A stretch of 64,000 nt of DNA from Rebecca billardiae RCC1528 (Eukaryota; Protista; Haptophyta), in NCBI GenBank assembly GCA_965240325.2, contig OZ251223.1, positions 3,844,001 through 3,908,000 of the forward strand, read 5' to 3'. Each line of letters opens with the position of its first letter. Position 1 is the first letter of the stretch. Shown in pieces: positions 57,008-64,000 of the stretch. The notes beneath the pieces are model-generated. The model saw only the letters and a list, made by a program, of their open reading frames with translations, did no database searches and was not told the DNA's origin. Both the position numbers and the translations under genes were made by a program.

Positions 57008-59901
57008 CACAGTGAATAACACGCCCCAGCCAAGGGTGGTCAGGGTCGCCGACTCCAGCGGAGTCCGGCGCCGGAGCTTCGCTTACAGATTTTTGCAGCG
57101 GAGCGGCGCGCGCGGCCGCCGCCGCTGCGGCGGGCCGCTCGGGACGTGCACGGCGTGGGCTCGTGCGGCCGCTGCCGCGCACGCCGAGCGATCTGGCGCG
57201 GTGTCGCGGCTGGTTGATGGCCTCGCGCGCCCCAGCGCGCCGCGCGCCTTGCCTGACTTCGCCTGTCTCGCGCCTTGGCCGCCGTGCACTCATGCGCCGC
57301 CAAACCGCAAGCTCGGCATACCTCTCAGCCGAGCGAGCACGTGCCTTGCGCGACGCGACGCGGGCATTGCCGCCGGGCGATGTAGGCGTAGTGTGAGCGC
57401 GCGCCGTGAAGCCTCGGCGCGGATCGAGAGTGTCTTCAACGTCTCGGTCAGCTGTCGACAACTGCTGACGCATCAACCACCAATGGACATCACCACGGTC
57501 CTCCGTTGAACGATGGGATATCGCGACGCTGCGACTCGTGAACTCTAGTCGAGCGTTGTAGCCAAAACGACGAAGGCCACTATGACGTGTGTGTGAGCCT
57601 TGCGTGACGATGCGACGTGACGATCGCCCCGGCAAGAGAGTCAGTCGTGCAGCTTTCTGCACAGTGCTCAACGAACAGACGGTCCACGCGCGTACGCGGC
57701 ATCATTTCATTGTTCTCGATCCGCGCCGAGGCTTCACGGCGCGCGCTCACACTACGCCTACATCGCCCGGCGGCAATGCCCGCGTCGCGTCGCGCAAGGC
57801 ACGTGCACGCTCGGCTGAGAGGTATGCCGAGCTTGCGGTTTGGCGGCGCATGAGTGCACGGCGGCCAAGGCGCGAGACAGGCGAAGTCAGGCAAGGCGCG
57901 CGGCGCGCTGGGGCGCGCGAGGCCATCAACCAGCCGCGACACCGCGCCAGATCGCTCGGCGTGCGCGGCAGCGGCCGCACGAGCCCACGCCGTGCACGTC
58001 CCGAGCGGCCCGCCGCAGCGGCGGCGGCCGCGCGCGCCGCTCCGCTGCAAAAATCTGTAAGCGAAGCTCCGGCGCCGGACTCCGCTGGAGTCGGCGACCC
58101 TGACCACCCTTGCCCCAGCGGCGAAGCGGACAAACAAAATGGCGGACGCCCGCCTCGCGGGTCGCTCGCGTGAGGCTCGATGGCCGAGCCCACGGAGGGC
58201 CTGCGGCGACTGGGACATGTCAGCGGACAGCTAGACACGCATAGCGCCCTGTCAGAAGCGTCAGAGAGCTCTCATGCCAGCGCAGCTGCTCGCCCTGCCC
58301 GTCCTCGAGCTCGGCGCCGAACGGCACCGAGACTGGCTGATCGAGCCGTCAACACCGCGTGTGCGCGCGCGGATCGCTGGAGGAAGCGAAGACAGGGTCC
58401 AGCTCGGTAGGTGAGGTGTGGAGAGTATATGCCATGTCAGAGTCACCGCGACTCGAATGAGCCTCGAATCGCCCGTGCCGCCTCCTCGCGCGCTGCTCGA
58501 GCACGATGCGTTTGCTGCCGCAGCTGCACCCTGCGCACTCCCGCGGAAAGACATCGCGCGCGCTTGCCCACGAAGCTGAAGCAGGCCGGCAGCTGCTCGC
58601 GGAAGAGGACCGCACACGAGCTGCCAAGCTGGCGCCCAGCTGCCGCGACCGCGGCACGTCAGCTCGACGAGCCAGCGCACTGCCGCGACCACATCGTCTC
58701 CTTTGAGCTGCAAGCTGATGAGCAGTGATCTGCGCGACGGCGCGCGAAGCGCGTGGGCAGTGGGTCGACGCAGAGAGGGTGACGTGAGCGATGTGAATCG
58801 TGGAATGCGAGGCCTTCGCACTCGCGCGGCACCCCAAAGCGCACCCGACTGGGCATGGTTGTGCCTCGCTGAGTTGCTCGCATTCGTCATCCGATACGGA
58901 TGCACACTGCTGTGATGTGCGCCCGAACGAGACGCTACCATCGGCGGAACCGCGACCTCGGCACGTCGTCGAGTGCGCAAGTGCGCAACGAGGTCGTGAA
59001 TGTAGTCAAGCTCGCTCAGGTCGCCCTGAGTCAGCGCAAACGAGCTGTTCTGCGCGCGTGCGCAGACGGGGCCGCGCAGACGGCATCATTGCATGAGCAC
59101 AAAACTGGGTGGGAATCATGCAGCCCTAGCGTGGGAAGCAGAGGCGCTGGCGGTCGGGGAGGCGGGCGCTCGAACGCACGCCCGACGTGTGCAGGCACAC
59201 GCACCGTCAGCCATGGTCGGCACCATTCGCCTGGTGTACTGGCCGTCGGTGTCCAGAGCTCTGGCAGCAGTCCATCACCTGCGTCCGATCCATAAACATC
59301 GTAGACGTGAAGGCATGGACCGCCAGGTCGGACAAGAAGCACGCACTCGATGGACATCTGGACACCAGTCGCGTCACAAACAACGCTCAAGTCCGCCTTG
59401 ATTGCTTGAGGATGTGACCCGACGGGCATGCGCTCGATGTGCCGCTCGAGCCCACAAAAGTGCAGCACTTTTGAGGTGGAGGATATTGGGGGCGAGACAT
59501 TTCCAGCGGTCCAAAAGGAGCATGCGAGCAAGTACTTGCACCCAACCAACCACTCAGACAGCCACCCAGGCCCGCCATCCATCGGGACGGGTGGGAGCAA
59601 GCATCACATGTCGGTCGCGTGCTGCTGCGAGCTCGAACACGCCTGCTTCGGACGCGGGCTCTTCTCGTGGCAGAGTCGTGGCGCGACACCCGAGCTAGTG
59701 TCCCATGTAATGGCCAGCTATACGGTCCGCCCAGTACGGGATGGGCCCACGGATGATCGCGCCCGTGGGCCCGGCTAGAGCGGCCGAGTGACGGCGGAAG
59801 GCCTCGGGCGGACGACTGAGATCCCGCCATCGCCCTGCCAAATCGGCCGGTTCCCAAGCAGTTTTGTTTGTCCGCTCCGCCGCTGGGGCGTGTTCACTGT
59901 G
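57008..59901. mobile_element. Outer DNA transposon with 40-bp CACAGTG-starting TIRs (CMC/Transib-like termini), non-autonomous
   Basis: Right TIR 59862-59901 reverse complement is CACAGTGAACACGCCCCAGCGGCGGAGCGGACAAACAAAA. Left TIR is 57008-57030 plus 58120-58139, split by an insertion, with 1 mismatch and a 3-nt insertion. CA flanks both ends. Confidence 0.8.
57031..58112. mobile_element. 1082-bp foldback element (399-bp TIRs, 284-bp spacer, 7-bp TSD CCCCAGC); P/Galileo-like
   Basis: Arms 57031-57429 and 57714-58112 are inverted copies with one mismatch noticed (57336/57807). Termini CAAGGG...CCCTTG. CCCCAGC at 57024-57030 and 58113-58119. Confidence 0.92.
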
Positions 59902-59959
59902 CATATCCGACCACCTGCTCCCAATAACAGTTCAGACTAACCTATATTCTCAGCATCAA

Positions 59960-60030
59960 TGATATACAGATATATATATATATATCTGTATATATATACA
60001 GATATATATATGTGTGTGTGTGTGTGTGTG
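59960..60030. repeat. (TA)n/(TG)n microsatellite
   Basis: Seen directly. Confidence 0.9.
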
Positions 60031-60034
60031 TAAT

Positions 60035-60135
60035 ATGGCCGCGTTCCGCGGTCCTCTTCCGCCGTCAGAACCAACGTAGTTGGGGGGCCGCGGTGCAGCT
60101 GTGCCACCCGCTCCGTCACGGCACACTGCAGCCTC
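60035..60135 (-). mobile_element. Family B (Helentron-like 3' end), copy 3, insertion-riddled
   Basis: atggccgcgttccgcggtcct[ct]tccg[ccg]t[c]agaaccaacgtagtt...ccgcggtgc aligns to the reverse complement of 50790-50865. Confidence 0.75.
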
Positions 60136-61545
60136 GCCGCCGCGTCGATGCCGAGTGCGTGAGTACAACTGCTTACTTACTGCAAGGGCCGCTGCCGCCG
60201 TGCGCGCGTCAGTCACTGCCGGTGCCGCCGCGGCGGTGTGACCGCGACGGGGCCGCGGAGCGCGAGGGCGACTGCGAGCACGGGCGAGAGGGGAGCACGG
60301 CGTCGCCCGTAGCATATGCCACCTCGCCATCGTCGCGGACTCGCCTCTCGCAGATCTGAGATCAGCCTGTGGCTCTCGTGTCAGGCAGTCAGGCATCCAT
60401 CGTGAGCGCCAGACAGAGCCGGTCCGAGTCCGAGTCTCGGACTCACGGACACGGTCAGCGCGCGGCTCGATGCGCCAGTCAAGCCGTGGAGACTCGAGAC
60501 CGGCGGACGAGAGCAAAATAGATGTGCGCGCGGTCCAGCTCGTGCTGCGAGGATTCGCCCAGCCTCGTCGCCCGCAGATCTGCGCGCGCTCGGCGCTGCT
60601 TGCGCGCCTTCAAGCGCAGCTAGAGGCAGGCTCACGCGGTGCGAGTACGGCCGGCGGCACGCAGACGGCCATCACAGCTCGGCCATGGACGGCGCGAGCG
60701 AGGGCTTGGGCGAGCGAGATGGCCGGGGTGGCTGCTCCACATCCCGACAGAACGGCCAAGACTACCCGCTCGCACCACGCCGACTGGATCATCAGGCGAA
60801 CGGGCTCCACCAGATCCGAGGCTCGGCAGAGTTGAAGCTGAACGACTCGTTCGTCCTCGACTTGTTCAGCTGCGCGGCATGCGGCGTGGCGCGCGGCGTG
60901 GCGCGCGCGGGCGCGCGCATGGTTGGCTGGAAACACAGCGAGAATCGCGCCTCGCTCCCACGCGCCACGCGCTTTCGCACCCAGAATATCACACACAAGT
61001 CAAGCACGCTGCACGGAGCCGTCCGACGAGGAAACCGCACTGGGCCGAAGGGGCATCGGCAGGGCGGGGCGCGCGGGGTGAGCGGGGCACGAAAGCGACG
61101 CCGATGACCGTCGGGAGCCGCCGCAGCCGCGCGCACCTGCGCTGAGTCCGTCGGATTGAACGCCTCGTGCGCAGCGGTGCCGCTCCGGCGCCGGCGCGAG
61201 GCAGCCCCTCGTCAGCTTGCTCAGCCCTTCTCAGTCAGCGCCGGGCTCAAAACCTACCGACGACGACGGGACGGCCGGTATTAATAGGTTTTGAGCTCGG
61301 CGACTATGACCGTGGGCTGGCAACGAATAGCTGCGGGTATTTTTCAATGTCTCGCACTATATTGGAGTTGGTGAGAGTCGTTCTTGCGGCGGCGAGGCCA
61401 TATTTATTTTACTATGTTCACACATGAACGAGAGTCTACCCGTCCGAATTACCCACTTTGGCACACTTGGGCCACCTCAAAGATGTGCGGGTGCCGTTTC
61501 TGGACGCTTCTAGCCTTGATCTCCTGAACATTTGTAGGGGAGATG

Positions 61546-61571
61546 AGTTTAGTCAGTCGACTGACTAAACT
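61546..61571. repeat. Perfect 26-bp palindrome
   Basis: AGTTTAGTCAGTCGACTGACTAAACT is its own reverse complement. Confidence 0.9.
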
Positions 61572-62668
61572 TTTTCTTCAATCAAGGCTCCTCACGACTA
61601 GGCGCCGTCTTGCACGAAATCCCTATCCTCTCGTCTGGCCACGGCCCTTGGTCTGGCGGTCTTGCATCAAATCCTGGACTCGCGAGGGCAAGGGGTGGGC
61701 CCTCTACCTACGGCCGCCAAACCGGTAATACGCGTTCTGAGCCCGGTCTGGTTGCGGGCGGCCCGGGGCCGCCGCGCCCCGGCTGCCGGGGCGGCGACTC
61801 GGGGAGGCGAGCGTTGGCGCGCGCCCGCCGTGGCCGCGGCGGCAGCGGGGTCGTTGGGCCATCCCAGGGGTATCTGAGCCTCTCGACAAGGGGCCGTGGC
61901 TGCGCCTCGCGTGGGCTGTACTGCACGCGGGCAGCCGACACGAATGCGATGCGCCATCCAAGCGCGAGCCCGAGAGCTTTCGCGACACGGGTGCTGCGCG
62001 AGCACGTCTGAAGGAGCGGGCAAGGTCTCGAGAGGAAGCAGGGAGACCACAGAAGTGCTAGCTCGCAACGACAGTCAGGGAGCGCGAGCCGCCCCGCTGC
62101 GCTGCCTGAGCCGGTCGCCCCACGGGCACGGCCACGGGCCACGCGTGGCGGGCAAACGTGACTGCCGCGCGGCAAGGCTTGGTGAGTGTGTACATGCTTC
62201 AAGTGGCTGGTCGCTGGTAGAGCTGCTGCATCCCAATCGCGAGCAGCCAGTAACAGCGACTCGGCCGCGCCGCCGCGGCCGTGCTCCGCAGTTCTGGTGC
62301 CCGCGCGGAACTGACGGTCACGGTTGCGCACCCGCGGGCGGCGAGACCAGTCAGTGGGCCGGCTCTGCCGCCGTCCCTGAGCGTGACCCGCAGTGGCGTC
62401 GCCGGGCTTGCAGGGGGGTCTAAGCCGGCCACCCGCCCGAACCGGAGCCTGGCACGACCGTATCCGGCCCGCGCCGCCGCGCGCTGCCACAGTGGCCGGT
62501 GGCGGTGGCACGCGTCGGGCCCGCGCAGCCCGCGCGGCCCGCGCCGCCGCGCGGCCCGCGAGCGCGGGCCTCATCCGACGAATAAGACTGACGAGTATCA
62601 CGAACGAATATGGCGCCAATGCGGGATAGTGCGACTGGAGTGCTGAGCCGTGACTGACTACGTCATGC

Positions 62669-64000
62669 CTACCAGCCGTACGTACATCCCCGCCCACTAT
62701 TCGGATGGTAGCCCGCGGTCGGCGGCGGCGAGCCGCCGATGATTGTCCCGCCGGTCGCTGTGACATCCTTCCACTTACGCCAGGTGAAGCGCAGGCCGAT
62801 GACCGACTGGAAGTCGGTGAACAGGACGAGCTGGTGCGGGCTCTCGGCGAGCGTCGTGGCGGGAGAGAAGATCTCGGCGTAGTTGTCCGACGCGTTGCCG
62901 TTCAGCGGAGCGATCGAGAAGAAGGGCCAGCCGGGGGCGAGCGGCAAGCTCGCGTGAGATGCGAGCTCGAGCTCGTACCGGCCGCGCAGCCAGCGGCCCA
63001 GGCGGTCCTCGGCGAAGAGGTCGATGACGGCAGCATCGTACGCGGTGGCATCGACCTGGACCGATGCGCGCTCGGCTGCGTGCAAGCCTCGGCAGTGCGC
63101 GACGACGCGCGTGAGCAGCCGATCGAAGATCGCCGCCTGCTGCTGCTGGCGGACGCGAATGTGCATCGGCTCCCGCCACAGGAACTCACGGTACCGCGCG
63201 ACGAGGTTGTGCACAGCCTCCGCCGGCGGGCGGTACAGCTTCGCGCCGTGCTCGATGGCGACGATGGTGACGTGGCGATACACCTTACTGCTGGCGAGGC
63301 AGCCCGCGACACGGCGCTCGGACTCGACGCACGCCGCAACCAGATCGGCGTCCGCGGCGATGCCAATCTCATCGCGCCCTGCGCGGCGCGCGCGGGCACG
63401 CGCGCAGGACGCGCGTCAACACGGGCGGCGGGGGGGAGCGGGCACGGCGCGCGCGCAGCGGGATCCGATCGTACCGAGATCGAGCACGTGCTCGTCCGCC
63501 TCCCCGAGCAAGCACGGCCGCAGCGGGTAGCCGCGCTGCTGCCCGTCCTCCGCAGCCCCTGTCGTCGTCGGCAGCACGATGCCGCCGTCCGGCTGCTTCC
63601 AGGCCTTCAGGCCGACACCGAACTCGAATGGCATGCGGGCGGTCGGGAGCTGCGCGATGACCTCCTCGGGTGGCTCGGTCAGATTCATGTTCGCCACATG
63701 CAGCACGTTGCGCTTGGCCTTGAACGGCTGCGGCTCGGACTCGCCCTGCCTGGCATCACAGACGACGGGGCGGACGACGACACGCGGTGTTGGCGCGCCG
63801 CGGGTATGCGCGCGCAGGGAGGGATCGCGGGCGGGGCGGCGCACCTCGGGCGCTTGAACGCGGTCCATGCATTCACGAAGAAGTCCAGTGCGCCCCCGCG
63901 CGCGATGAACTCCGCAAGGTTCTTCCACACCATCACCTTGCCATGCACCGTCTCGACCTCGATCTCCTCCTCCTTCCAGTTGCCGACGTGCTCGTAGACC
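62669..64000 (-). CDS. 3' part of a hypothetical protein entering from beyond the window; introns 63844-63750 and 63474-63379
   Basis: VYEHVGNWKEEEIEVETVHGKVMVWKNL...|QGESEPQPFKAKRNVLHVANM...|RDEIGIAAD...FTDFQSVIGLRFTWRKWK...GW*. GT-AG joins restore the frame. Confidence 0.75.

Noticed and set aside
57012-58238. Mirror-image ORFs (57012..57509 and 57580..58218, etc.)
   Set aside because: By-products of the 399-bp inverted repeat with no protein-like features.
58140-59860. Transposase within the outer CACAGTG element
   Set aside because: Only short, broken ORFs; no DDE, RAG1 or EnSpm motif I can support.
61380-61410. Possible 5' subTIR partner for family B copy 3 (rc ATATGGCCTCGCCGCCGCA)
   Set aside because: Similarity to GGCCCGCGGTGCA is too weak to call.

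Overview
Very GC-rich eukaryotic nuclear DNA with short, (CG)n-rich spliceosomal introns. It looks like a flagellated alga, plausibly a haptophyte of the Pavlovales/Diacronema type (inference from composition and gene style). About 20 real genes sit among hundreds of GC-driven shadow ORFs. Named genes: PNKP-type 3'-phosphatase, ARM-repeat protein, CFAP43, RPL37A, eIF2B-epsilon, double-AP2 transcription factor, FkbM methyltransferase with an embedded lectin domain, NOSIP, POC1, R2R3-MYB, ARF-like pseudo-GTPase with an F-box-like motif, STK33-like kinase, p25alpha-like protein, SERRATE/ARS2, U2AF65, a sulfotransferase and a class IV aminotransferase. Many are tight head-to-head pairs. The most novel signals are non-coding. 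(1) A ~2-kb non-autonomous Helentron-like element with 13-bp subTIRs, a 3' hairpin and gene-fragment cargo, plus two older copies of its 3' end. (2) A nested transposon: a 1082-bp foldback (399-bp arms, 7-bp TSD) inserted into the left TIR of a 2.9-kb element whose 40-bp TIRs begin CACAGTG and resemble a 23-RSS. (3) A 2.4-kb TIR element carrying an orphan ORF. (4) Repeat-copy alignments show non-coding DNA decaying mainly by many short insertions, which may explain the GAC/GTC/TGA/ACT-rich spacers at gene 3' ends. No CRISPR, rRNA or tRNA was recognised.
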